Assembly: GCA_023213395.1 (NCBI GenBank)
Contig: CM041465.1
Span: forward strand, 188,487,741 to 188,551,740
Direction of reading: 5' to 3'
Source of the DNA: Cycas panzhihuaensis
Taxonomy: Eukaryota; Plantae; Cycadophyta
Length of the DNA: 64,000 bases
Part shown: positions 23,750-36,626 of the stretch, one piece after another
Layout of the letters: every line of letters begins with the position of its first letter
Numbering within the stretch: position 1 is the stretch's first letter
Position numbers and translations under genes: made by a program
The notes under the pieces: generated by a model
What the model saw: only the letters and a program-made list of their open reading frames with translations
What the model was told of the DNA's origin: nothing
Database searches by the model: none

Positions 23750-24469
23750 GGTTTAGACTAGGTCAACTAGATAAGTAGAACTAGGATACTACTAACAGGT
23801 TAAATTCTAGTAGGTAAGAACATAGATGGACATATTTAAACCCCTATAGATGCCCTAACATTTAGAGGGACAATATGGAATGGAAGATATAAAACTGGGT
23901 TGTGTCCATCTCAGGATTTAGATGAAGGAGAAATCCCATATAAGGTTATATATTTTCATTAAATAACGTGTGTAGTTTGGTTATGGTAGGTCCCCAATTT
24001 TGGGGCACATAACAAGATAGAAGGTAGAGAGTGTAATTAGATTAAACTATAGCCTATATAAGAGGTAGGAAAATCCATAAATTACCACAAGGTATGATGA
24101 ATTAGGTAGATAAAGTAGATGGTTAGATAATGGTGAGATTTATCTAACTCACTATCAACTAGATTAAGGAGAAGGGAAGCCCCATACTTGCTTGAAATGG
24201 AGTGTGAAATTAAAGAGGAGGGATTGGTTGTAAAATTCTAGAACCTAGTATGGAAGAAGGTAATGAGGAAAATGGGGTACGCATAGTCATATGAGGGATA
24301 ATCCCTACTTGGGACTAGTATGTAGATGAGGAAGGGAACCACTACTTTTAAGTAGATAGGTTCCTAGATAGAAGTTGATGCTAGAACTATTTAGACTTAA
24401 TGGAATTATGCTCTTAAAGAAAGATAAAGCCACTCTTAACCTAAAGGATAATGGAAATCCACCTTCTTT

Positions 24470-25415
24470 TGATTCAAGAGGATCTACCTTATATCTACAT
24501 GAAGCAAAAAATGCTAGACATTGGAATGATTGAAAGAAATAGGGCTAAATGGTGTCAAAATAATGTGAAATTTTATGGGTAGGAAGAAAACACATCCTAC
24601 TACATTAGCGAAAAAGGTGGGATTCAAATAATATCATGTGACTAAATAGTAAGCCCTATTTTGTTAAAAATAGCTCTCATGGCCAATAGAAAAACAATAA
24701 GCATATGCTATTTTTAAATCAGTGAAAATGGGAGAAAATTATATCCAAATGAGCTACAATTTTTAGGACATAAAAGGGACATATTACTTATAGTTGTACA
24801 AAATTTAAGCTCAATTTGAATTTGTTAGCCTTAGGTACTGGGCAATAACTTTTTAGACTTACATAAATGCCACTTGGATAACATGCATTTTGGTTGTTAG
24901 TGATTAGACTTGCATGAATGCCACTTGGAAAGCATATATTTTTGTTGTTAATAGATTTCTTTATATAAATTGAGCCATCTTGAGCTTATTTCTGATGTGT
25001 GAGACTTGGTTCTTCTGTGCAAGAGACCCTTGACTTGGGAGCAACATTAAGGCAACACTTAAGAGGTGTTAAAGACCATATAAGAGGCAAATTTCAAGAC
25101 TTCAAGCATCCATTTTAGAGAGGTAGAGGCCCCTTATGGTATTTTTGTATCATTTCTTCATTATAACTTATCTATTCTTTGCTAGTTTTTTTTTTCTTTT
25201 CTCCACCATTAAATGGAGGTTTTCCTAGCTTAATAAAAGTATTATTCTTCGTATCTTGGAGTAATGGCAAGTGTGCATGAGTTGGTGTAGAGTATCCTTT
25301 TTACGGGCTCACTATTTTATTAATATTATTGGCAATTTTACACTAACACCCTAGGATCTCAAGGAAAATGATTGGTGATTGAGTTCTTCATCAACCACGC
25401 TCTACTTTGGGATCA
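24470..25415 (+). repeat. 5' LTR of chromovirus-like element
   Basis: Colinear with 28262-29185. Followed by the PBS. Confidence 0.9.
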
Positions 25416-25421
25416 CATTTT

Positions 25422-25433
25422 TGGTATCAGAGC
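25422..25433 (+). other. Primer-binding site, initiator tRNA-Met
   Basis: TGGTATCAGAGC. Confidence 0.93.
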
Positions 25434-25899
25434 ATGTGATCTTTGTTGTAAGGACTTGAATGGTGCAAGTAAGGAAAGGATATCAAGAGAAAGGAGAATC
25501 TTTTCTTATGTTATAATCACCAAGAAGACAAAGAAATAATCCAAGTACTATGGCTAAAAAAGAAGATGGAGAAATCAGATTTTAGAAGCTTGAGAAATAT
25601 TAGATAATGTTCATTAATAGGGAATCCAAAAATTGTGTTGGTATTGGAAGGCATGGAGTTGACTCTAGCCACTCTAGTCAACCCACTCACCCAACTTCTT
25701 AATGGTACTTTTTAACACCAAATGGTAGTATATGTTGGGCAACCCCAATGTCCCAACTATTTAAATGGGCTTCATGGCCCAAAGGTGTTTCTTAACACTA
25801 CCTCTATTATGTTGAAATTTTATTAATGCTTTGTTAATGGTAGCCTTGTAATGTATTATTCTTCTCCACCCTCACTCCATTAAGAAAAACATAGAAGGT

Positions 25900-26750
25900 A
25901 GTTGAAAGAGCATCTAAGGATGACCACAACCATGAATAAGAAGAGAAGGAGACCTTGAAGCACTCATTTGAAGAAAGCAAGGGTACTTCATCTCATCAAC
26001 CCTTCAAAGTAGAGGCAAAGTTGGACATTCCAACTTATGATGGAGAGGTAAATGCTAAAAAGTTGGACTATTGGTTGGATCAACCTAAAACCTACTTTAT
26101 AATTTATGCTTATAATAATGCTTAAAAGCTTTTATTTGTTAGGTTTAAGTTGTGCAAACATGCATTGACATGGTGGAATGTATATTTGAAGACTCATGAT
26201 ATATCTTCTTCTTTTTGGATGGATTTTAAGAAAGTAATAAAGAAGAAATACTACCCCATAGTTTATGAGGAAGACTAATAGATCACTTAGCAATATTTAT
26301 GCCAAGGGATAGGTGTATATGCCCAGGACTATACTTCTTTATTTTTCAAGCATGGAATATTACTTGGTATTAATATAAATGAACATATCACTCTTATGAA
26401 ATTCATTAGAGGATTACATGATTACATAAGGAAGGAATTAAGGCTTTTTAGGTTAAATCTATTAGAGAAGTAAGTAAAATGGTTATTGCAATAGAAAGTA
26501 AAAGCAAGAAATCTATATTCATATCTAAAAATTCTACTTTTGCTTCTAATAAGAATGAAAAGAATCCTAAATTGCACTCATCTGAAAGGTAAGAAGGAAA
26601 GAAGAAAAGAACTAATTTTGTTCAAAGTTATAACTATTATGAGCATTGTGATATTATGGTCATGTTGCAATAAAGTATTAAAAGTTACATCTAAAGCTAA
26701 AGCTAAAGCATATTAAGGACATGGAATCAAGAAAGAAGGAAAAAGGGAAA
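25900..26750 (+). pseudogene. gag: Gypsy gag with decayed zinc knuckle
   Basis: KVEAKLDIPTYDGEVNAKKLDYWLD...KHALTWWN. CxxC...GH...C remnant at ~26640. Boundaries approximate. Confidence 0.82.
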
Positions 26751-26809
26751 GCACTACTTTATAAGGTGGAGCTTGAAAGTGAGGAAAAAGAAAAGAAGGT
26801 TGTCCTACA

Positions 26810-28220
26810 TACAAATTATGAAGATGAAATCTTAAAGGAAGAATTAGAGAACCTAGCAAAAGGAAGACCTTCTTAACTTGCTTGGAAGGATGGTATACTT
26901 TTCAAAGGAGAGAAATTCTATGTTCCATGTAAAGGAGACAAGATTAAGTGGGTTAAAGAAGCCCACACTTCTAAAGTAGCAAGCTACTTTGGTGTAGAGA
27001 AGACTTTATCAAACTTGAGAAGATATGTTATATGGCAAAAGATACAAAATGATGTAAGTAACTATGTAATATATAATACTTCTAAGCCTTCTACTAGAAA
27101 ATTAGGATTGTATACACCACTACCTATTCCCATTAGGTCTTGAGAAAGTATCTCCATGGATTTTTTAGGGGAACTTCCCATGACAATGAAGGGGCATGAC
27201 TATCTCTTTGTTATTATAAATAGGTTTAACAAGATGATATGTTTAATACCTTGTAAGAATACAGTCACAGGAGCATGGGCAACTATATTGTTCTTTGAGC
27301 ATGTATGGAAGAATTTTGGTTTACCTTCTTCCATTATTTTAGATTAGGATACTTGATTTCTTTTATTATTTTTGAAGGACTATGGGAATGATGGACACCA
27401 AATTGAAGAGGAGTAAAACTTTCCATCCTCAAACTGATGGATAAACTAAAGTAGTAAATAGAACTTCAATACATTTATTAAAGGGATACAATTCCAAACA
27501 TCCAAAGACTTGGGATAAATCATTAGCTTTTCTACAATTTGCATTCAATAGGGCAATTTATGCATTACACTATAAAGTACCTTTAAAAGTTTATTTGGGA
27601 TACTTACCTCAAAGTCTATTTCACTTAAAGTTTTCCATGCAAGTTAAGAAAGGATCTGCCAAAGAGAAGGAGGGGCATGACAAGGCTTTGAGATACTTCA
27701 AGAAGATACAAAGAGTCCATAAAGAAGTTTATGATCAACTTTTAAGGACTCAAAAAAAGTACAAGGAAAGACATGATAAGCATAGGAAGAGTATACTTTT
27801 TAAGAAGGAGATTTGGTATGATTATACTTAAGCAAGGAGAGGTTAAAAGAAGAAGGCAAGAAACTCAAACCTATAAGGTCTGGACCATTCAAGATTTTGA
27901 GGAAAGTAGGTAGCAATATTTTCCAGCTTGATCTTCTACCTTATATACAAATATATTTAATAGTAAATGCTAAATATTTGAAACTCTTTAAGCCCTCCAT
28001 TTTAGATGAGGATCAGGACCAATCCACTTTGCTTTTAGTTAATGACTTATATTTGGAGAGTGAGGACCCTCTCAAGGAGGATTATATCTTAGAGAGAAAA
28101 TCCACCAAAATAAGACAAGACATAAGAATCTTTTAGGATTAGAGTAATAGGATAGTTACCTAGTAATGCCAAGTGGTTTACTATATAGTAAGGGGAATAA
28201 AGCTTCCTCCATCTTTAGTT
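26810..28220 (+). pseudogene. pol: Gypsy integrase with GPY/F motif and chromodomain-like tail
   Basis: DGILFKGEKFYVP...EAHTS...GLYTPLPIP...ISMDFLGELP...FHPQTDG...SGPFKILRKVG. Then ILERK...FRIRVIG*LPSNAKWF. Confidence 0.88.
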
Positions 28221-28261
28221 CTAAGATAAATAGGAGTTGGCTATTTTCTAAGAAAATTGAG

Positions 28262-29185
28262 TGATCATCTAGGAGGATCTACCTTATGTCTATAGGAAGT
28301 AGAAAATACTAGACATTGGCAGAATTGAAATAAATATGGTCAAATGGTGTCAAAATAATGTGAAATTTTATGGGAAGGAAGAAGACATATCCCACTATAT
28401 GTGTTCAAAAGGTAGGATTTAAAAAATATCATTTTCCTAGATAGCAAGCCATGTTTTGTAGAAAATAGCTCCCAAAACTAATAGAAAAATAACAAGCATA
28501 TACTATTTTTAAATTAGTGAAAATGAGGGAAAATGATATCTAAATGAGCTAAATTTTTGAGGATATGAAGGGGACATATCTACCTATATGTGTACAATAT
28601 TTGATCTTAATTTGAGTTTGTTAGCCCTAGGTACTAGGCTACAACTTTTTAGACTTATATGAATACTTCTTGGATAACATTCATTTTGGTTGTTGATGGA
28701 TTTCTTTCTATAAATTGAGCCCTCTTAAGCTTACTTTTGATGTTGGAGACATGATTATTATGTTTGGGAGACACTTTACTTTGGAGCAACATTGAGGAAA
28801 CACTTGGGAGGTATTAGAGACCATAGAGGAGGTAAATTCTAGCACCTTAAGCATCCATTTTAGAGAGTAGGAGTTTCATTGAAGGAGTTTTAGGAAGTTG
28901 GAGGCTCCTTGTGGTATTGTTGTATCATTTCTTCATTATAACTTGCCTATTCTTTATTAGTTTTTTTTTTATCCACCATTAAATAGAGGTTTTTCTAGCT
29001 TAATAAAGTATTATTCTTCTTATCTTGGAGTAATGGAAAGTATGCATGAGTTGATGTAGAGTATTCTTTTTATGGGCTCACTCTTTTATTGATATTATTG
29101 GTAATTTTACACTAACACCCTAGGATCTTAAGGAAAATGATTGGTGATTAATTTCTTCATCAACCACACTCCACTTGGTCAATCA
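28262..29185 (+). repeat. 3' LTR of chromovirus-like element
   Basis: Homologous to 24470-25415. Confidence 0.9.
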
Positions 29186-29287
29186 AATGACTCTTAATAA
29201 TGAGAAGTATTTTTTCCCAAGAGAGAACAAGCTTATACACTAGGGATGCTAAGTCTTATATGATCAGGCAAGTCCTAAACAAAGAGA

Positions 29288-31717
29288 TAGAATCTATCCT
29301 GGGGGGGCAAATAAGTACAAACCACATCTATGTGCAAGTTTAGCATGTAACTTAAGATTTAATATAAACAATGATCATTAATCATGCATGCAATAAAACA
29401 CTCAAATCACACATAAATAGATGTAATTCCTTTCCTCTCTTTTGGCTTATCTTTCTTAAATAGATTATAAAAGTAAGTAACTAAGCACATAAACAAAAAA
29501 GGATTCTAATTTATTTCATTGCACTTATGATTATTTGATTTGCTATTCTTTCATCCATTTTCAACCTTTTTATGATCTACTTACTAGAGAGTGAAAGAAA
29601 ATGAGAATAAAAGAAACATGAAATCACAAATTTTGATTTCAACCTAAACATTAACTTATTATCTTTTTGATTTTATGAGTAAATAAGGGACAAAGATCAC
29701 TCACAAATTCACCAAGTAATACAAACAAAAGTTCATTCCCTTCTCTTTTCCTTCTTTTCTTTGTTTATGTAAACTTAAAGACAAAAAGGAAAAATTGTAA
29801 GAGATAAAGATAAAGGGAGTACCTTGCAATGAAGTTATGAGGCAATATATTTACCCTCTTTGATTACCATTAGTTTATAATGTAGCCCATTGATTAAGTA
29901 AGTAATAACATTGATGTTAAAATTATAACATTTATAAGAAAAATCTAGAATGAAACCTTAGAACTATATCGAAATTTAAGCAACATGTCTGTTGCATAAT
30001 AAAAAATTTAATGGTAAATTAATGACTTGAGTAGCCTAAAGCTCTATGGAAGAGAGTAAGGATGCTTAATTATTTGAAATATTCCCTTTCTTATCATTCA
30101 TCTCTTCATAAAGAATTGGTTTGGTTTAGTTAACCCTTTATTGGGTCTAACCTCTTTGCAAATTATGAATCAGAATAAGGAAAGGGGTAAATAAGTGGTT
30201 TTTCTTAATGGTAGTTAAAGTTATGGATTGAAACTAGTTCAATCCCTCAAAATAACCACTTTGAGGTCTTTTAATAATGTGATAATAAGTTGGAGATCAA
30301 AATTGGTATGATCCCCAAGTTAAATCACTTAATAAACCAAAAACAACAAACAACCCTTGACTAGAAATGGAAGGAATAACAATGAAAACTCTTCTTTCTT
30401 TTTATCACTTTTTATATTAAGCCAAAGAAAACTACTATGAAACTACTCTAATTATTAAAATAAAGACTAATCTATAACAAAGATACTTTAAACTTACCTC
30501 AAATCAGTGTAAAGTAGCTCAGATTGATGTTATGCCACTACCAAATATGTTGTAAAAAAACTCCAAACACCATGATAGTGATAATCTTGACAATAGCAAG
30601 TGTTATGGGAGAGGGGAATGTAAACAAAAAAAACTAGTGAAAATTAGAAGGAGAAGACCTAGCATGTAGGTGGAAGGATGAATCTAAGAACTAAGAAATA
30701 ATTGAGGTAGAGATAGACCTTTAATATTTCCAACAAGCTTCATAATCTTACAAGAAGATGAGATCTAATCCACTTTAAACAATAACAAGACACTAACAAG
30801 GAGTGCTAATAAGAATTTAGCAGCACTTCATTACATCAAAAGTTCTCCCCCTTCCTCTAAAAATGCCCTAGGAATTATAGTAAAATAGAGGGAGGATGTT
30901 AAGTAAGAAAATCATGGTTTCTACCCATGGTATAACTGACTTTTCTCAATCAAGTCTTACATGTAGGAAGCGAAGATATTCATGGATCAGTTAGGGTAGG
31001 TGGGGCAACAGTAGGCTATGAATTTGGGTAGAAATTAGATCAAAATAGGTGAGAAAATTATGTTCTATTTGATAATTCATGGATGTAATAGTAAAACATA
31101 TGATAAATAACTAAAAATATGATATTACAAATAAAAAAAAAAATGTTGAAGGTTGTTGTATTTTATTTGTAATGTTGCATTCTTAGTATTTCCAAAAATA
31201 TCACAAAATAAGAAGGGTAGAGGAAACAGAAATAAAACATAAAAATCAGCAAAATAAACTTGTTGGGTCCTCTAAAAGTAGTAATGGATTTAATAAAGAC
31301 TATATTACAGTGAGAAAATGCTAAAAAGTTGTAGAAACAAAACTTAAATTGATCATAATGCTTGATAATATTAAGAGAGAAAAGATAAAAAAGGGAAGAC
31401 TTGGAGAACTTTATAAACCATGTTAGATAAGAATATTAAATCATGTTATAGTATTAGTCATGATTAAATAAAGATCATTACAATCACATACATTCATTCA
31501 TCCAATTGACAATCCTTCATTTTGCACAACTTAAAATAAAATGATGCATATTTAACAATATCCTAACCAAAGCTTTTATAGTTAAATAATCAACAATTAA
31601 AATGCCAACCAAGTGATACCCATTGAATAGACAAAAACTATAACTAAAAGGTGGCTTGAGCAAACAAATTAAGACATGAACCTAACCACACTAAAAAAGG
31701 CTAATTACAATGAAACA
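29288..31717 (-). mobile_element. Probable long LTR of a second Tat-like element
   Basis: Left end TAGAATCTATCCTGGGGGGGCAAATA resembles element A LTR end TAGAATAACACCTTCGGGGGGGCAAATA. Right end GAAACA is followed by a PPT-like CCTATCCCCT, then GATGGTAAATGGTGGTAAC, matching A's GACGGTGAATGCTGGTAAC. No partner LTR in the window. Confidence 0.6.
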
Positions 31718-32827
31718 CCTATCCCCTTATCACCAAAAGATCTTGTTAATGATAAAGAGCAAGATGGTAAATGGTGGTAACTCATCTTTCAAGATTAGAT
31801 GAAGTTAAACTTGAATACCCTGAGTTTATTTTCTAAGCTATAAGAAAAGGATAGATTGAATGATGAATCTATAACATGTGAAAGTGATCAAGAAAGTTTC
31901 ATTAAAATAGAATAAAGGTGGCTTGAGAAAACCTATAGTTTAAACATATTTTAAACTCTAACTTAATACTAGAGTGCCTATCATATTGATGGGGCTTTCA
32001 AGGGGATGGTTTCCATAGTTTAGCCTCTTCAATAACTATTTTTTAAGGTGTGGCTACCATAATTTAGCCTTATGAGTAGTACTTCAAAGGATCTTACAAT
32101 TAAAAGATGCCTAAGGGATAGAAAGGATGTGAAATTTAGAATTTGGATGAGAAATAGACTTTATAGAGTATAAACATGGATAAGCTAAAGGCAATCCATC
32201 TTTATGCCCAATTTTGAGATAATCTCAACATAATTACCCTATTAATGGAGGGCAAAAGGGTAAAAAAAGGACATTACAAACTGTAGCATAAAGCTTAAGA
32301 AGATACTAGAATGTGTATGTGAAACTAAATGTGTGATGAGAATGTTTAAAAAATGAGGTTATGAGGGATCTAATCATCATCAAGGAGGGCCATTTTATAA
32401 GGAAAATAGTTATTTTTTCTTCATTTTCTTATGTAGGAGTTGAGATCCAAAGCTATTTTTCACCATTGTGATTATAACTACAATGATCTAAAGAGTGATT
32501 TTGCTGATTAAAGGCTTCCATCAGACTCAAAGAGCTAGGATGCATCAAGGGGTATGGTGTGTAATAAGTCTCTTATTAAAACTTTTTTATTTTTTCTTAA
32601 TTTTATTTCAAAAATATGCCAAATTTTGCTAAAACTATGAGCTGCCTATTAAAAATGTAGTATACTAGTAGCTTCTCATATTTTTTGCTATATAATTATG
32701 TTTTTCACTATGTAAGCATATTTTTCACTATATTATTATATTTTTGGTTAAATTAAGAAAAATAAAAATTAAATACTTTATTTTACTTAAGATTCTTACT
32801 TCTAAACACTAATTTTAAGTTGCAATA

Positions 32828-34000
32828 TGGTGTTTGACAACCCATCAAGAGGACTAATATATGGGAGAACAAAGGGGGGGGTCATTAAGACATTTCCTAG
32901 GGTATTAATAATTATCAAATTATAGATATTAAGGTAGTGTGGGTTAGCTAGGGCTAGCCACTCCATCTAACTAGTAAAAGAGTATGAGGTGCTTGAGGAT
33001 TTTACCAGTTTATGGGTCCCTAAAGAGTGGATATTTAGAGTATGAAGGATAAGAGACATTTATATCACTATCAGAGATATGAGGAGGATTCTAGGAGTGA
33101 ATTAGAGAGGTGCAAAGATCCCATTAATCTATGTAGTAGAGGAGGAGTCTCAATAGGCCTCTAGTATATATTTAACTAGGTCAACTAAGTATTTTAGAGT
33201 TCACTAAATATTGCTTGAGGAAATGATGGAAGCGAATGGAATTACAACATTTTAGAAAGTATTAGATTACATTATCTTGTTTTGAGTTTCTAGGATAAAG
33301 AACTTCATAAGCATGCTAGCTTAGTGAGTGCACACCACTAGACAATGTGAGGTAGGGACCTAAATGGATTAGGGGAGTGGTTTATTATTAATAGTATAGA
33401 TCAACAATTATTTTGTATATTTTAGTAGGGACATGGAAAGTTCTTTTATAGATTTATTTTAATGTGTCAACTATATGACCACATCCCCTTGATGAGACCA
33501 ACAAGATAGCTAAGATATCTAAGTATCATGGACCTTGTGATAAATAGGTGGTACATGTTATCATAGGTTTATAGTAGACGAAAGAAAGTGGTGAGGAGCA
33601 TGTAGGGTCCTTATCTTAATTGGATGGTAAGGAACCAATTGGTTCCTAACCTATATAATAGGATGATGATGTGGTTTAATGATGAGATTAATATAATGAA
33701 GAAAGTCATAGAAGGGAGAGCCCCACCTCCATATAAAGGTAGAGAAGTAGTGGTGATAGGTGGCATGGCAACATAGGGTAGCCATAGAGGAGGTGATGTT
33801 ACACCAAGATAAAGAGGAAACCCTCCTAGATAGGTAGGAGATGGTGATAAGGGAGGTGGTGAGCAAATAGTTAGATAGGTAGAGGCACCAATACTAGTAG
33901 CAAGGGTTGATTCTCCCAATGATGCCATTGAGATAGACCCAAATAAGAGCCTAGAGATCATAAAAGGTGAGCAAGGAGTAGTAAGAGTTCTTGATTTAGT
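32828..34000 (+). pseudogene. Second, more decayed antisense PMD ORF with G/E-rich tail
   Basis: FTSLWVPKEWIFRV*RIRDIYITIRDMRRILGV is homologous to A's GDITITPGDMRRIPGI. CEVGT*MD*GS matches A's CEARERLDWAT. Confidence 0.7.
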
Positions 34001-34722
34001 AGTTAATGTACAAACACCACCTCTAGTAGGTATCTATAATTGACTATTTATGCTCAGATGGTATTTACTTAGCTCATGTCTCTACACTCCTTTAGTGACT
34101 CTTTACTTTTGATTATCTTAACCTATTGAAAAAAATGATTAACTAGTGCATGCTTATATGACAAGTGAAGAGATGATCAAGGTCTTAATGGTAAGGAGGA
34201 TCCTTTATGCTCTATTATCATTTGTATACAACATAGGTGAGCCTCTAGTTTAGTAGGATACAAATCCTAAACTCTTGGGCTCTCACACTTAATATTTTAC
34301 ACTTGTTATTTGATCTTAGGACATGTATCAAGAGTTGGAGGGATGATTGGTGGTGAGAGAGGTAGGGTTAAAGGCTATAAAGTACAAGAGGTGGCACCTA
34401 TATAGGATGACCATCCTATAAGTAGGTAGGCATGTGACTCCATTATCTAGTCAAACTATTTAGTAGGTTGGGTGTGGCCCTCATAGGAGGGGGAGGTCCT
34501 ACACCCATAATTATCACTTAGAGGGGGTATAAGGGAGCTCCTATCGACCATCATAAGGATGATTCTTAATATGAGAAGAGGCTTAAAAAGGGAGAATCTT
34601 GATTATACTCCATGGGCATAGGGATGTGACCATAAGATCTTACCTATGAGTATTTTTACATGCATGTGAAAGCTATAGGACTACGACTTTATACTTATGG
34701 CCTATATACCATATGATTTCTC

Positions 34723-34761
<39 letters not shown>

Positions 34762-34768
34762 CGCACGT

Positions 34769-34807
<39 letters not shown>

Positions 34808-34818
34808 TATATATATAT
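34723..34818. repeat. Self-complementary microsatellite (AT)n(GT)n-GCACGCACGTGT-(AC)n(AT)n
   Basis: Direct. The left and right arms are near reverse complements. Confidence 0.92.
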
Positions 34819-34990
34819 CATATCATATCATTATTTCTAGTCTATAAATATATGGAACATGATTATGCATAACGTTTCTTCCACCTTGTTCCCCTTATAG
34901 TGAATAAACATGCATGGCCCTAAATACATGTGTATGTCTTTTTGTGTTTTGAATATATATATATTTTAATATTAGTTAATACTTATTATA

Positions 34991-35111
34991 GAGTGTTTAA
35001 TTAGTTTACATTCATCATAAGGTGTTTAATTTATTTATACTCATCATAGAGTGTTTAGTTAGTTTATACTCATCATGGAGTGTCCAATTCATTTATACTC
35101 ATCACAGAGTG
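34991..35111. repeat. 29-bp tandem repeat, about 4 copies
   Basis: Unit approx. GAGTGTTTAATTAGTTTATACTCATCATA. Confidence 0.88.
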
Positions 35112-35833
35112 ATGCCCCCAGCTTAGATTGATGAGACTAGGAGCAATGGTGGTCTAAAATATAAGAGGTTAGATATTCAACTTCAACATTTTGACTACAT
35201 GAGATATGATAGATGTAGTAGATGAAAAGTAGAATAACAATATCAAATCTTGAGCATGAATAGGGCATAAATAAGGTGAATGAACATGATAGGCACTAAA
35301 CAAGTTGAAGGGCTATAACTTGGGAAGTAGAAAAGAGATTAATAGGTCCATCATAGAATTGTTAAACATCAGTTAAGGCTCCTAAAATAATGAAATACTT
35401 AGATTTATTATTAGTTTCTTAAGGTAGAAGCATGCCAACAAAGGTTAATACATTACCTACTTGGTAACAAATAACCCATGTAGTAGCAAATGGACCAAGC
35501 TTACCTTGATTACCTCCAACAGTATGTATGCTCAATGCCACAACAAGAAAGGGATTAAACTTAAAGATGAAATGATAGATGTAGGGACATTATAGGAATC
35601 AACCTATAAGGATATAGTTCTAAATGAGAGACTTAGTTTTAACTATAAGATGAAAAGGAAATAAAGATCATGGTTAGGTTTTCTCATTAGGAGACCTCCT
35701 CCCTAAATAGAAGTAAGGGAAAAGGCTATTCGATATCAAATACGTCTAGATCACAATTAAGACTAAAGTGAGCCCAAACAACTAGATCTAAAGGTCCTAA
35801 ATGATGCACTCTAATGGACCCAAACTACATTAT

Positions 35834-36145
35834 TGAAGGAAGGATGAATCTAGGAGATAAATCACTCACATGCACACAATGGCAATGGAGAATGAAAAAG
35901 AAGATGAAACAAGATATGAGAGCAAGCTTGGAGGTGAGAATGAATAATGACTCCCTCCTTGAGATTTCACATTTTATTATTGAGGGTGAGCATTAGGGTT
36001 AGGATTTTCGTACCTAGTGACATGAATCTGAAATTATATCTAAATGTACATAAAGTACATTTCATTAAGAGACTAATGCTAATAATATATCCTAAGGTCA
36101 CATAATTAATATACACAAATGACCTTGATACATTAACCTCTTTCA
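35834..36145 (-). repeat. Copia 3' LTR
   Basis: About 15 substitutions and no indels versus 43193-43504, counted by eye. Confidence 0.97.
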
Positions 36146-36158
36146 ATCCCCCCCTTAA
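36146..36158 (-). other. Copia polypurine tract
   Basis: Minus strand TTAA followed by a G run and AT, abutting the LTR. Confidence 0.9.
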
Positions 36159-36626
36159 TGGTGGAAGGTCATTTTCAAAAAATCTACTCTATGAGGTCTT
36201 CATTTGAGCCTCATTATTATATTTAAATTCTAAACGACACTTTTGTGGGAAAACCCTCATGGGGAATAGAAACCCATGAACTTTCTAAAATCTATAGCCC
36301 CTTTTATAAATCAAAATGGCTAAGGTGGCTCTTTGATGTAGCCTGATAGCCAAGTAGCTTAAATATGCGACAATACGCTAAGTCTCTATATATTGTTTGG
36401 TCATCCCCTATGCCCTTTTGGGTTTTCACAGGTTCTGATTTTCCAAAATAAGTACAACCCTTATCCTTCCGTGCCCACATGGTGTTTTTACAAAGAGGAT
36501 AAAGTAGAGACTTACTCTTATTCTTCCGCACCCATAAGGGGTTTTCACGAAAAGAATATAGTATGATGATCATGTTGCCATCTTCTTTGATCAATCGAAG
36601 ATGGAGGCCCTAAGGTTGAGCTGCCT

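Larger units (their letters stand above)
24470..29185 (+). mobile_element. Ty3/gypsy chromovirus-like element, internally deleted (gag + integrase only)
   Basis: LTRs 24470-25415 and 28262-29185 (TGAT...ATCA). Met PBS. gag then INT with no PR/RT/RH between them. No TSD seen. Confidence 0.88.

Noticed and set aside
24465-29190. TSD for the chromovirus-like element
   Set aside because: Flanks TCTTT and AATGA do not match, so no TSD is claimed.
30850-30900. CTAAAAATGCCCTA match in inverted orientation to element A's TATA region
   Set aside because: A short match in AT-rich DNA with no extended alignment seen.
34991-35111. 29-bp and 28-bp (41941) repeats as CRISPR-like arrays
   Set aside because: Head-to-tail units without unique spacers, no cas genes, eukaryotic TE context.
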